DNA from: Tubiluchus corallicola
Lineage: Eukaryota; Animalia; Priapulida
Assembly (NCBI GenBank): GCA_030141605.1
Contig: JAQGDQ010000306.1
Span: 1-64,000 of the forward strand
Direction: 5' to 3'
Length of the DNA: 64,000 nucleotides
Positions 42,672 to 57,143 of this stretch are shown here, in pieces. Position 1 is the first letter of the stretch, and each line of letters begins with the position of its first letter. A program made the position numbers and the translations under genes. The notes beneath the pieces were generated by a model, which saw nothing but the letters and a program-made list of their open reading frames with translations, did no database searches and had not been told where the DNA came from.

Positions 42672-43810
42672 TGTTGATAATAAACGACAAAGCCTTGTAC
42701 TTTGCCTCAAGAGTTAAAGACGGTGTGAAAGGACCTGGTACGAAAGAATACCAATTGATTCGCATTACAATGTCGCGCTGTGAAAAAGACTTGAAGCAGA
42801 TAGCGTATCAGAAGCATATGGGATTAGGGCTGTGACAGGCGATTGAGGTACTTGGTACTAAACTACAAACATTAGATATTAGATACAACAATATATTAGA
42901 TATAAGAATAAGGTATTTTGCTGAGTAGCCAAACGCGTAAGCTTCACAACCGAAGTTATGGCGCGTACGCAGACGTAGCGACTTCTCTCGCAACTTATTG
43001 CGCAACTTCTCTTTTAGAGTAAAGTTGCAATATGCGAAGTTACAACTTGGCAACTTCTCTCGCAACTTGTTGTAACGTGTGAACGGCTTGGCAACTTCTT
43101 TCAGCAAGAAGTGCGCAACAAGCTGCGAGATAAGTCTCTACGTCTGAACGCGCCATTAAACAACACCAAGCCTTGTCAGTGATTGACGCGTGACTGCCTG
43201 TATTCAATACTCACACCATTAACTGGGCGGTTTCATTTGCTATATTCATTCTAGACGTTCACTGTTAATAGGCATTTTATTGTATGCGTTTGAGGACGCA
43301 AAACTATGAAAACCAATCGCTGCATTTTCACCGTGTTTTCAATTGGAGTCCGCATTGCTAAAATTTAGGTTCTTATTGTAATTTAAAGTACAATAAAGTT
43401 AACACATTTTTTAAGTTTCCTATTACATTAAATTAAACAAACAAGAGAGTGGGTGATAAGTAAATAAACGAAGAGCAAGAGAGAGTGTGTGTGCGCGCGC
43501 GTGGGTGAGTGCGTGCGTGTGTGTAGTTGTGTATTTGAGTGAGTGAGTGCGTGCGTGTTTGTAGTTGTGTATTTGAGTGTGCGTGCGTGAGTGCATGTGC
43601 ATGTTTGTGTGCATGTGCGGCTTACAATGCGTAAATGTAACTTCAGTTTCATAAAACATAAATGTGCCTTTCATTATTTGGTAATTCTGGATACAGAATA
43701 TAAACTTTAGAACTAGCAAATTGTCAAACAGCAGCTAACAGGATGTTTTCTACTTACAGGGTGACACTTCAGCCAATTTCAAAAAGTGCCTAATTGGTCT
43801 GCTTGGATAA
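42672..43810 (+). pseudogene. Annexin, last two exons (repeat IV: 42672-42847 and 43760-43810) with a premature stop
   Basis: Spliced product LIINDKALYFASRVKDGVKGPGTKEYQLIRITMSRCEKDLKQIAYQKHMGLGL*QAIE|GDTSANFKKCLIGLLG*; KGxGT, IRIxxSRxE and GDTS annexin motifs; CAG/GT junctions in phase; TGA at 42833-42835; AATAAA at 44040-44045. Confidence 0.85.
42959..43155. mobile_element. PIF/Harbinger MITE in the annexin intron
   Basis: TIR TGGCGCGTACGCAGACGTAG ... CTACGTCTGAACGCGCCA; TTA TSD at 42956-42958 and 43156-43158; internal GCAACTT repeats. Confidence 0.85.
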
Positions 43811-46069
43811 TTCTAAGTTGCAGGGGTACCACGTACAAAAAAACTTACTTCACATTTAACTGAATACGGGATTGCATGCTCTGTGTTATTATATGTGCTG
43901 AAAAAAAAAGAAAATGTTTTATCAGCTTCATCTAAATAGTCATTTTACAGTAGTTACATATATAAGTGGAATATTTTGCGGTTCAAAAATAATTTGTAAT
44001 TTCTTATAGCAATTTAATATATCTAACTATATAATACGCAATAAAAAGCTTGTGAATTTCTACAGATGCACTTCTGTAATTTGCACTTTCATCTGGTCTA
44101 TTTGCTTTGAACATGCAAAGGTCTCACTTCCGTGGGCAGATGCAGACCTTAAAGACATGTACGTCGTCGTCGTCGTCGTCATCATCATCATCATTCTCCA
44201 CCGGCGCAGAGGGTCTGTTTTGTTGTATCTATCTGTCTATCCATTTGTGGATCTTCCCGACACGAGCAATCGTTCATTCCATCAACTCTACCAGTAAGCT
44301 AATCAGCCTCATCATCATTATCAATTTATTAGTATATTAATTAAAAGTAGTTTCGACAGAACCGCCCACGGATGCTCAAACATTTTAATATGTTTGACTT
44401 CAATTGCCACAAACATGCGTCGCTGACACACGCGATACATACATTTTGGGAAAAGTATCGACCGTAAAACAGGCAAGAACATACGCTATTTATTTACTTT
44501 TATTTGTTATTATTCGTACATAAATGTACATTAACACAATACAGACACACAGTACATTAGTGATATTTACAAATATAGTTAGTTATTAATATATGTACAT
44601 TACTTAATATTTACATATTTACAATACACTACACACAAAAATAATACAAGGGGAAAAAACAAAAAATAATAAAAAGACAGAGATGACATTCGCTAGCCTT
44701 AAAAATTACCTTCAAAACCTTAAAAACGCCAAACAATTATCTATATGTAGTTAATCTTCCATGATAAATGTTAAGATTTCATTCAGCTCATTCAAGTTGA
44801 AAGAGAAATATCTTGCTTTTATTGTATCTAAAATATCCACGACCAGAAATACTCCAGAAATGTGATCCTCAGTTAGGTTTCATTCGTCTTTAAATACGTA
44901 TGATCGTACAAGCTTCGGACAATCATCAGTGCGAAATGCCAAAATCTATATTATATTTTTGGCATATTTATATCACATTATTTCTCATACATGATAAAAT
45001 TAAATGCTCAACTTTGTTGAGCAAAAAAAGAAACCAGACTATTACGCTATGATAACGTGTATAAAAGAACTTGACGCACCTTGCCTCGAATACTAAGCTT
45101 TGCCACATTGCAAATATGGGGCAGAAAATGACTGTGTAATTTTCTTGGAAGTTTCCATAATTGTCTCACACCTATATTCCACGCGGTATCATTCTATGGC
45201 ATGGTATTAATTTATACCATTACTATAGTAAACTACTCGAGCTGGACAAATTAATTTAACATTTTTTATTTAAAATACGCGCGTTTAATTATCAAAAGAC
45301 TTTAGCATTGTTACAGGTGTTAAAATGCATACTTTCCCCTTCTTAAAAGTGGAATATGATATGAAAAATCAGCCTGTTTCGTTTTATTTATCTCAAACTA
45401 GTCTTGCGTATCTGACTACATTATAGTAACAGTGAAAACTCAAGGACATGTATAAAATTGTTTTGAAGTCGATAACTCAGAAATGTACAGCAAGCTATTG
45501 ATATTTGGGTCAATACAGCATTATGGAACTGCAGGTATGCATTTGAATGCAAACATTTGAGCGATGTCTTAATCAATGTGAACAGCTTAATCATAAAACT
45601 GTGTTTTTTCGTAAATTTTCAAGCTTGATAGCAATCTTAGTTACTACAAGCATAAGTAAATGATTACATACATGATAGGCCTTATTAAAAAACGAGTTCA
45701 TATTTACGTATTACATTATTGTAGAACTGTATAAGACAATAACTTTTTTCCAGTTTCTTCTCCCTCTTTCATGAACCAAAATGGTTTTGCTTAACAGCAA
45801 ATCAGCCTTCTAGCTGAAAATTAACTCTAATGCATGCTGTCAAAATGAAATCTACGTCTATGAAACATTACGAAATGAAAGCCAAACTTTTTCGGCAACC
45901 AAAACAGGGTCAACTAAAAGGGTCCTGTCAAGCAAAATAAGTACGCAAATGGAAGTTTCTAAATCGATCTAACAGTTCAATAAAAATCCAATAAAATGCT
46001 GATTGTTGCAAAATGTTGCACACTAAAAGAAGAAAAGAAGAAAAATCACACCTATAATCTAGTTCCACT

Positions 46070-47004
46070 TTCAGGAAAGGGAAACCTTGGAGGTGTTTTT
46101 TCTAAAAGTGGGCAGCATAGCCATTTTTATGAATTTTGGTTATGCTGAATCCGAAAAAAGGCTGTAGCCAGCTCGAAAAATTAGCAGAAAGGGATTAAAG
46201 AAGCAAAAAACAAACCTGGCTGCCACGTTTCTGCACAAACAATGTAAATTAAGAAAAAATTAACATTAACAAGTCATACAAGTCATTACGACATCTATTA
46301 CAGAGTAGTTGGACTCGAGAAACTCATTTGTGTCATTTTCATTTCAAAACTGGCTACAGTTATTAAGATGACTGCCACCCAATAACGAAATAATGCTGAT
46401 CGTGCAGTTATATTAACCGCTCATCAAAAGATTCATTACATAAACAAAAAACAATCAACTGGCTCTTCTTGAATACAGAAAACTCTACTAGCCCAAAATA
46501 ATGCAAAGCGGTTCAAGCAGTAAAATAAGTAAAAAACAAAATGGCCGTCGCGATCCCGATATAATTGTCTAGCAGAATGGTGAAAAACTTGCTTTTTTCA
46601 CCTAAGTTACAAAACTTTGCACAATACTGTAATCAATCAAAGTAATTAATTTTGATTATGAGATCAATCAAAAATCGTGTAATATTGCTGCCACAGAATG
46701 AGCTGTGGATTGCTTGACTTCTAAAACCTATATTTAGACACCAATATTATCATCTTATCTGTTCCAACAGTTAATTATAATTGATTGGCATAATTTCGTT
46801 TTGTATGGCGGCAATTTTGAAAACAGCAACCATTCTTGTAATAAAGGTAGCAGAAATGGATTGCTTAGACCCAACTGCCTTGGAACCGATGTCACAATCG
46901 TTTCATAAAATTAATTTTCTGGGAACTCCTTTTAATTTACATTGCTTGTGCAAAAACTTTGGGGCAATTTTGTTTTTTTTGGATTTTTAACCCTTTTCCC
47001 TTAA
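46070..47004. mobile_element. Possible old Kolobok-like non-autonomous element
   Basis: Right end AACCCTTTTCCC-TTAA, degenerate left end GGAAAGGG, recurrent AAAATGGC-type motifs. Confidence 0.3.
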
Positions 47005-47351
47005 TTTTTCAAGCTAGCAACAGTTTTTTTGGGATTCATCATAGTCAAGTTGATAAGACTGGCTATGTTGATCATTTTTAGAAATAAACGGCGGCCCCTA
47101 GACCTTTGCAGACGCACATTTTCAGGATATGGGCCTAAAGTAGTAGTGAAACTGATAAATCAACACAGTTTTTCAATCTACAGCGTATACAGTAGCAGCA
47201 GCAATTGCAACGGCAGCAGTCACATAAAAAGGCACGTAGTGTTTCCTTATTTATAACTTGTACATACAATCAAAAATTAAAAATCATCACAAAATCGGGA
47301 ACAATCGAAAATCAACGTAAATTATCATTTGTCGTGCTCATGTTTTATCAA

Positions 47352-48208
47352 AAACTCTATAGGCGAGTAGGAGAACAATTTTTTGTGAATTAATTGTGAC
47401 ATAAATGCTTTTGCTTTTTTGAATCAGTATGATGTAGCATTCCAGAAAAATTCGCCCGATGAATTGGCTCGAGGAACATTTTTAAGGCTCGTTGAAATTC
47501 AGGCCCAGGTGAGCGCCTGGAAATGTAAACAGTTGTGCATGGCAAGGATGAGGGCATACAATGTTGTAGCCATGCAAAATTCGAGAGATGACTCTGTTAG
47601 TATTTTGATGTGCACCATTGTGATCATGTGGATAGTAGCAGAAAAAATTTGAATAGTCCTTCATGGCGCACTACATACTGTACATACTGCCCCACCCTAA
47701 AGTAACTACTGATAATGGGATTTTATATACATGTAACAGTGTCGAGAGCAGTGCACTGTATAGATAAAACTTATAGAAGAAATAAGAGAAAGCCAAAGAA
47801 AAATAAACAGGGCATCAGTAAATATATTTTTGGGCTACGATGAAACGGGACGCTTTTTAGGGTAGTGAAGGACTATTCAAAATTTTTTTCTACTGTTATT
47901 CACATGATCACAATGGTGCACAGCAAAACACTAACAGAGTCATGCCTCAAATCTTACATGGCTACAACATTGTACGTATAGCCTCATCCTTGCCATACAC
48001 AAATTTTTACATTTTCAGCTACTTACCTGGGCCTAAAGTTCAACCGGTCCTAAAAAAAATTTCCCAGGGCCAATTCAAGGGGGAATTTTTCTGGAATGGT
48101 AATGGTACATAGAATACTGATTCAGAAAAAACAAAAGCATTTATGTCGCCACTAATTCTCGCAATTGGGTAGTTTAGCGCTATTCCCACTCGCCTACTAT
48201 AGCTTTTT
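47352..48208. repeat. Long diverged inverted repeat (foldback), arms ~320 bp
   Basis: 47352-47663 pairs with the reverse complement of 47866-48208 (e.g. GTGCACCATTGTGATCATGTG / CACATGATCACAATGGTGCAC; TTGAATAGTCCTTCA / TGAAGGACTATTCAA). Confidence 0.85.
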
Positions 48209-50939
48209 AGAACTATAGAAAGGCGATGCTACCTCTTTCTTGTTAAAACCACAAAGACATTGCAACTGGTGTTGTGACATTTATATAAATGCTCATTATG
48301 CTTATTTTTTGTAGTGGTTACTGTTACTGTTATTTAGTTTATGCTTATGTGCAGAAATTTTAAAAAGTTTTAAATTTTCTGTTTGATGAGTGAGCATTCG
48401 TAACTCTCCTCACCAAACAAATGGATTACAAGTAGGCCTCTGTCAGTTTAGTGTGAAAGCTTTTGCAGGTGATATGATTGCTAAATTTAAATTTGATTGC
48501 AATATTTTAAAATTATTAGAATGTAATGTGAACTAAATATGAATGTTGTGACAACGTGGAAGTAATTCCTTGATCAACATAGCAATTATCATGCATACCA
48601 TAAATAAAATCAAAATGACTTTTAGGCATCTGTTTAAGTATACGGCCAGTTATAACATTTTGTATTTCTGAAATGAGAAAGTTTGCGTATGCTTATAGCT
48701 TTTTTGTTTTACTTTTTACACTACCGTAATGAAAGTTAGAAACCGATTTTGTACTTCTGTCAGCAAAATAAACAAAAAATTTTAGCTGCATTTTTCAAAG
48801 AAAAAACAACAAAGGCTTTTGGTATTATTTTTGAAAAATAAGCAAGACACGCTAAATGGCGATTTCTGATGATTTTTGACTGCTCACAATTTTGTAATGA
48901 TTTTTCATTTGTATCACTGTAAAAGGAAATATTACATACCATAGACAGAGAATTAATAGCGAGTATTGCTAGAAGTATGTATAGAGTAAAGCATTTCAGT
49001 CCCTTTTGTAATTATTAAATTCCATCAACTAATTGATTTAGCAAATGTGTCTTTATGAAGCAGGAATGCGTGGCTTTCGCTAATTAATCTTGTCAATAAT
49101 TTGTACCAATTACTGGATTATGCGACATGGCTTATGATAAATTCTGCATATTGATATTTCCCTAGCGAGCTCATTAAAACACATTCACCTGCAACTGGTA
49201 GGGCTAGAGAGCGACCGTGGTGCATCAAATTTCAGCGTCAGTGACAGAGTAATTCTACATTTTGAGGCTAAAAATGTGTGAAGATTCATTATAATCATTT
49301 TGTAAACCTAGCGAGAGAAGATGTCAAGTGAACAGACTTTTACTTAGCTTAATTATGTAGTTGATTCATAGTTATGTGAATTTAGTTATTGCAGTATTAC
49401 AAACCATATGCTTTTTACCTTTACTGATGTTCTTAAAGACAAATGACATTAATTAAATATATTATGTTTAACTGATATACTAACACCTCGAAACATACTG
49501 AATTAGTTAAATGGGTACACGAGATGATTTATTAACAGATGAACTATTGTTTCTACCACCTGCAATAGCAACTATTCTTAAGAGTGTATACGTCAAATTT
49601 TGATTCTAAATGGAAAACACTGCATGAAACGATAAATGAACAAATTAAAATCGACCATATATCAACTATACCACTATAGCAATTGGAAATCAGTATCCTA
49701 TGATGGGATGTCATTTTGCGAACTAAGTGTATGTCCAAAATTACACCGAATGTGAACAGCTTCTTTGACAACCAATTTGTTCGGGTTACCTTTATCAATG
49801 ATGTGTACGCAAGATTTGTCCAATAAATGGTTAGCCGATATGTACATGACATGATAATATGATATGAAATGACATGACATGATGTAACATAACATAATAT
49901 TAATTTTATCATCACATACAAACTTAATAAAAATGACGGTTTGAAAACATTTTGTATAAAGGGCAGACAACGAAAGACCGATTGGTCATCTAATCAGCTG
50001 CAATTTGATTAGTAATGATCATTTTACTGTACTATAGTAATGCACGTAATTAAAACTTAATACTTATGTGATCCACCAAACCTGAATGTTCATTGTCACA
50101 ATGACGAATAGCACTCATATGTTGAGTGACTTGTCTTTTTAAAAAAATTTGAGTTTTCTCAGTAAAAAGTTCGTTGCAGTCTTGGTATGCTACAAAGTTC
50201 GTTGAGTTAATTTGGCATGCTACAAAGGTCGTCCTAAACATGCCATTATCATCATCGATCACGTACGTTATTAACACTATAGAATTTCTTGTTAATCACG
50301 GATCCAGTCTTACAGTTACAGGTCCATATATCAAAACGCTCTGTTATAGTAAAATAATGGTCAGTAACTAAACTTTGTTCCTGACTTCCTGTTGTGGGTA
50401 CTCGCGTTTGTTTGACCTACATTTCTAATTATATCAGACAAAACTGCATATTAGTTTACAATTGTTTCTATAAATTATACCTTCTATATTCTTGTTTGTT
50501 TTTACTGATGTTTAGCGGTCTATTAGACTCAGTCAATTCTTGCATAAAATTCAGGTTTGAATTATAAATGATTAATCATAGCGTTTATTGTGTTTATTGA
50601 CGTGCAATACTAAACGGATGTGATAGAAAAGTTAATCAAATCGTACTAATATAGATTCACCAACATGACAAAGTAATGAAATAATATCATGGTAATTGAA
50701 AAAAGATCAAGGGGCTATTGCAAAAGGCTAATTAGGCGTCTTTGAAAAAAACTGAGTATTTTGGTATTTGTTATAACTGCTCGCAGCTGAGCTGTGCATT
50801 TTGCTATCTCAAATATGAAGCACATAAACGTTAAACACGTAATTATTATAACATATTCAAGATAATTATAACTCTCGGATTTCGGTTGTTAGTCCGGCAG
50901 CCAAAATAGCTTTCTCATATTTCATTGGTCCGTTTCAAG

Positions 50940-52150
50940 AATAGTAAGAGAGGCCCTTTGGCCATTGAGCATTTTGAGATATTGGTCAGAGAAATGATGC
51001 CTTACTCTTTCATTGCTGGTTAAGCAGTCCGGGGATGGCCTGTATTATTTCAGAACCACGGAGTGTCTTCCTTGTGATGTATTTTCACATTTGAGAAAGC
51101 CAGCCATGTCACAAGACATACAACTGGAATTAATATGGCATTTGGAAAAACACAAAGTTTGAAACAAAGTTTACGAGGATGGGCACAGATGATCAAAAGT
51201 GATCGACATCATACTAAAACCAGAAACATGAAAACATGGGAACTGAGTCATCATATTTTTGTGAAGAAGAAGAACAATTCAGGTATCAGACACGATGACA
51301 TATGTATATACTCCACGGCACGTATAACAAAGAAGCCAAATCAACAATAATCGCAGATAATATAGACGAGCAAGAATTGCGTAAAAAGCTGAAGTTTGCA
51401 CCAATCTTCTAGCTCCACACAACATCCTCAGAATAATTATAGTCTATGTTTTAAATAGGAAGACTGTACGATTGTGACTGAATGTGGTCAATTCAGTAAC
51501 AATAAGTATAGCACTACAAGAAAATTTTCAAAGCAATTGGCCACAATGTTTTATAGACAAACAAATAAAGTTCGTACGATAGCATTGATGAGGAAGTCTG
51601 TGCAGGAGGAACTTGAGAAAAATTTATGATACTGACTAATTCAGGAATTACAGGACCTCAGTCATTCAATGTGAACATCAGCGAAGTTCTGTCCGATGAA
51701 TTGTTTCTGTTTCCAACATTAACTGGTAATAATTAATAATTGTTTTGCCTTGGAAAACAGAGAAGAATCATCAAAGCATCATTCCAGACAAAGGGGTATG
51801 CACTGACTCAGTATGTTCATGTACATTGTTCTAATCAGTCTAAATGGAATGGATTAACCCACTAAATTCATCAAGGCATGCTATGGGTAGTCCTACCTGA
51901 ACTGTAGTACCATGTCTAAAATTAAAGTGGCTGTATGACGCAGTGAGATGAGTAGAACAGATATTACTAGGACAACCATGCACAATTTTAAAGGTGATCC
52001 ACATACCCTAGTTTTGGACCAAAGCTCTGAAGTTTGCTATTAACAATGGAAGCAACTAAGAAATGCAACGAATGCACATTTAACCATGCATGTAGGAAAA
52101 AAAGCACTTGAAATAACCCAACGTGTCTTGATGGCAGAAAATGTGAACCA
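50940..52150 (+). mobile_element. Degraded remnant of a large DNA-transposon-like ORF
   Basis: KASHVTR, SLRGWAQMIK..ELSHHIFVK and a Cys-rich end resemble the large CXC-tailed transposon-like proteins of aquatic animals; many stops. Confidence 0.3.
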
Positions 52151-53101
52151 TTGTCGAGGACTACGTCAGTATGGCATATCTCGAGTTAAAGTGTTTTTTT
52201 AAATTATGTGCATGAATCTGCCCTTGGAAACTGTTTGCTGAATATGAACGTAGTGTTAAATTTGCATCGTAATCAATTACCCATGTAATTGTCATTCAAG
52301 TCTATAGTATAACTCGCATATGCCCAACTGGCCATGTAATTAGCTGAATTAGGCTTCTTTCAAAGATCTGTAGTAATTTTTCTGTACCAAACGCCTAGCT
52401 ATCCAGGAGTCACATAGCACCGATAATCGCCATGCTGCTCCTTTGGTTATCATTGAGGATAACCTTGGGCACAGTATCATCAGATATGTGTAAAGTCTTG
52501 TTGCATTAGATTTAAAGTAATGTAATCATGTCGTAATTTAGTCATATTGTAATTTCTTTTCTCTTTACTAAAGCCTAGAACTAAAACATAGGTCTCTTAT
52601 AATATACCAGTAAACCTTTATTACTATTTACTCTTGTTCCATCGTCATTGTAAATATCGTCATTGTAGAAATATAATATTCATCAATAATTATGCGTATA
52701 TTTTAATTACTTGTTCTTGTTTTCGATATAAAAGTTAAAGTACATGCATTTAGAAAATTGCTACAAACTAAACTCAACTCAGTATTTGTTTGCGTCAAAA
52801 ATGCGAAAGTAATTGAATTCAAGGCATTCAGCCGCCCAAGTTTTGCTCTCCGGCATATTTTTTACAAAAATCAAGCTTTTTACATCAAGAAAAAAGCTAA
52901 AAACATTCAATTAAATCAGATAAAATATTTTCGAAGAATAAAAATCAACCAGTCATTGTAATAAAATTAAGCGTTTTTGACAACCATTATGGCCAGTAAT
53001 CTTGCCTCCTACTGTAAAATCAGCACTAGGTGCTATTTTAAAGACAATCAGATGCTCTTCTTCTATGGCAAAATCATGCAAATCTTTTAAATGTAATTTA
53101 A

Positions 53102-53209
<108 letters not shown>

Positions 53210-56200
53210 GGTAGTGCAAAATTAGTTTGCATCATGTTCCTTGCATTAAGGTAATAATCGACGAACAAAATCTATACTTTATTAAAGTGATGAAGCCAAA
53301 GTAAGGAGTTGGAACTATATGATAGCTATGGTAGTATTGATACAATAAGAGAATGTTTCCGGCGCAAAATTGGATTTAATGGATTGAGAAAGGTGTAACA
53401 CACGAACGTTGAGCAAAAATGACTGTACTGATATTGGTGTCATCCTCGATCAGAATTTTTCTTGAACTACATAAAAATTTAATAATGTTTTATTTGTTTA
53501 AAGGTCCTTCGTGTTAAAAATATATAAAAATATAATTTTTTTACTTTATTTGGTACTTTTATATGTACAATCACGACAATTTAGGTTTGTCATAGTACGT
53601 TCTTGTCCAATGTAACACGTTTGCTCAAGGGTGACAGAAGTTCACCTCAATATTCTTAAGAGGGACATTGAGGACATGTGAAAACCACCGAGAAAAAACT
53701 TACCCCAGAAATGCAAGGCTCACCTTACCGGCTGCCAGACTATGTATTTATTCACAGGCGGCTCAAACACATTTCTTAGATTGCAACATTACTACACGCG
53801 TAGGCCTACACTACAGTGAAAATTTGTATTGTGATCATTACTTACACAGCATCTGGCTGTTAATTACGACACGCATTCAATAGCTAGGCGTTTCAACGGG
53901 CAACTATGATACCTAAAAGCGAAATATGGCACCGTCATATCATATAGCTTAAAAGCAGAGCACATCGTTATTAAAAGTTCACTCTCAGCGGTTTTTATGT
54001 CTTTATTTCGCATTATTTGTCTTTAAGCCGAAAGAAGAAAGCACAAGAGACAAAACATCGTGCTGCATTTAGCTATAAATGGAGTTCCCCATTATTGAAG
54101 CATAATATGTTATACATTATAATGATAATTGATAGCATGTAATATCACGGCAGATGGTCCAGCGTAGCTACTGTTAAACGTTACAAAGATAACCTTTTTT
54201 TAGGGGATTTCCCTCCTTGTTTATTCAGTTTTTGTCCTAAAATGTCTGAATGCATTCTTTGCAAATCAAGCGTCTAACTAACTAAACCTAGAAATGAATA
54301 CGGCAGAGCAACGTTGCAGCATAATGGCGCATTACTACATAATAGTGTAGATTCAAAGGGGCACAAAGGCAATTAAAAAGGGCCCTACTGAAAGGATTTT
54401 TGCCTTAATTTCTTTTTAACAACCTGTTTACACCTTTTAAAGTATGCTATTGTGTTTCAAAGATATACGTGTATAAGTATTGCGTTTTAATATAACATTT
54501 AATAATTAGTATAGTTTATTTCACATGTATTGTTAATTTTAAGGTATAATTTGTGTGTAATTTTTATGTGCTTAATTTTATTATGGATGTGTTGCAATGT
54601 GTTGTGCTTATTTTACAAGCTTTTCTTAACTTCTCGTTTTTTCAACACGTTCATTATTAAGCGTAGACGAGCGTTTCGACTTAACAGTCATTTTCAATTA
54701 TTAGGCGATAGGTCTTTTAAAGTTCGCGAGGTGCAAATATGTGATTAAAATACAGTTTTTTAATACTGAAATTCCGTCTATGAAAAACAAGAACGATAAA
54801 GTTAAAATATGCGCACAGTTATTATTACATTACACAAACGTTTCACAAGTGATATGCAAGGATTATATGAAAAAGAACAATTACATGATAATGGCAATGC
54901 GAATAAATACAGGTAAACACTACGTTTAAACAGAAATAAAAATAGAGCAAATGCTACGCAAAAGCCATTGGCTACGTTAAGTTAATGACTACGTCTAAAT
55001 GAGCATGAGTGAAACAATTACAAAATACAAATATAATGACTACATACCGATAATTGGCTACGGATTATCTTCGATAAGAGGAAAGTGGAGTGCCATAACG
55101 CAATGTTATGTCACTCTAAGCTAGCTAAAAAAAGTTGCAATATCACCACTATATATACCTTCTGAGAAGGAAGCCTATATGCAAGAGATTACATGTATAC
55201 TATAAAAACAGGTTTGTTAGGAAAAATACTTGTAACCATAAATAAACACTTTTATTCGAGAAGCGTAGTTTTCGCAGTGGGCAAGAACTTGGCACGTGGT
55301 TAAACATCTTCGGCCAGGCCCAGAGGGGTGATATTACAAGTTTTGTAACATGGCATTACTAAGCAAAAATTATTTATTTATTTCGTAAATATGTAAACTT
55401 CGCATAACTCAAATTCAACCCGACTGAAAAAACTGTGAGTTAAGCGACGTGGACCATTTTCCAGCATAGGAACTCTAAACCCCTCTAAATCCTTTGGGAA
55501 TCTAAATAGGAGGCAGAACGTCAACCCTTCTATACATAAATGACGAGATTTGATAGCAATATATATATGTTATACACAAACCCAAACAAAATTAGCCAAC
55601 AAATCGGATATCCATTAAAGTTTGAATTTTACAAATCCTTCCAAATTTGCGTGAAGTGCTCAAAAATTGCTAAACCTTGAAAGTACGCGATAGCGCCAAT
55701 CGTCTTTCGACTTCAAACCTGCACCGCATGTTCATGAACTTAATCTCTTAAATGTGGTTCTTGGAGAAGATGAAAAATGGAACCATTTTAGCTTAATCCT
55801 GGCGATAGAGGAACCATTCCACGACTTGACAATTGGGATTATTGGAAAGATGCAGAAAGATGCAGAAAGACTAAGAAATGCATCAAAGAGACCTGATAAG
55901 TTATTGCAATCACTGCACGTCTTACATGTAATTGTAGAATATAGAATATCGGTCTATATACAAATGAGTGGGAGAGGGAGAAAGAGACAAAGGAATCGAG
56001 TGAGATAGAGAAAAAGAAAAAGGAAAGAACGAGTGAGTGAGAAAGAGAGAAGAGAGAGGGCAGAGAGGGAGGGAAGGAAATAGAGGGCGAAAATGGAGTT
56101 GAAAACATGGATGCTACTGATCTTTAGGCTCATAATGAAGGAATCATCTCAAAGCTACGTAAAAACTGTAAAATGTTATTGCTACAATTGGCCTAAATGA

Positions 56201-56569
56201 TATTTGTTATGTAACCTCCTAGCAAGTTATCTCTAAAACAGTGACGTAATTCCTCTGACATGTTAACACAATCAAACAACAAATATAAAGGTGTTTGTAA
56301 TTGCCACACACAGAGAAGGGTAAACCACTGGGTAAAAAAACTATGCGATTAACAAATGATTTTAAAACCCATGTACACAGCTAAGGACTCTTGTATCTAA
56401 GTCTCTATTATTGGCAAAAACAAATGACACAATTTAACAGGAAATGTATCGGGAATAATATGAAACAAATCATTTTTACCAGTTACAGTTGCATGTACAT
56501 GTTAAATTTTCTGTGCCATGCAGCCTTTTTCCTTTATGCTTGGATTGTCAGCGGTTAAAACATTGCTTG

Positions 56570-57143
56570 ATGTTTATTAGTCGCTCATATTAACGATCTA
56601 CAACCATTCCTTTAAATCTCTAAGACTTTATAAAGTGATTGTGAAAACAGGTTCACGGTTATTTAGAATAAAGCTTCGTGGGATTTTGATTGCCTCTAGA
56701 ATCTTAATTTCATTTTTCCATTTTAACCATTCACTTCATGGGGTAATTCTTCATCCCATTCGGAACACATCATCCAGCACCTTTGTAGAAGCTGTTGGCT
56801 CACACTGTAAAAGGAGACAGCATCCCTATAGTATAGGGTCATACAGCTTTCGTGATTGCCTTAGAATGGTTCTGCGCATTTCAGGTTCATTATTTTCCAT
56901 TTTATCACAAAAGGAAAACATAAGAACATTTTTCTCTAGGAAAATATTTGACATGCAATGTTTTAGTTGTGAATGTTTCATCACAAATGTTTTGATATGA
57001 TAGGAAGTTAAATCTTCAGCTTCTAAAAGCGTCAAAGCTTCAGGTTCATTGGAACAAAGCTTTCTTAATGGAAAGCTGCCTTTCTGCATTAGACATTTCA
57101 TGTCACTAGCTAAATTAACAGCTTTGCAAACTGAATCAGCACT
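56570..57143 (-). mobile_element. BEL/Pao LTR retrotransposon pol fragment (RT C-terminus and Pao domain)
   Basis: SADSV..LMQKGSFPLRKLCSN..RRTILRQSRKLYDP..WDEELP..IKIPR match the BEL GGFxLRKWxSN, TKRxILSxxxxLYDPLG and WDExLP motifs; degraded. Confidence 0.85.

Noticed and set aside
42833-42835. Annexin TGA as selenocysteine or programmed read-through
   Set aside because: The position is not a conserved Cys, no SECIS is evident, and a nearby deletion points to decay
51160-51225. Annexin-like LKQSLRGW/GTDDQK/VIDIIL string
   Set aside because: Needs two frameshifts, lies downstream of the annexin stop, and the surroundings fit a decayed transposon ORF better
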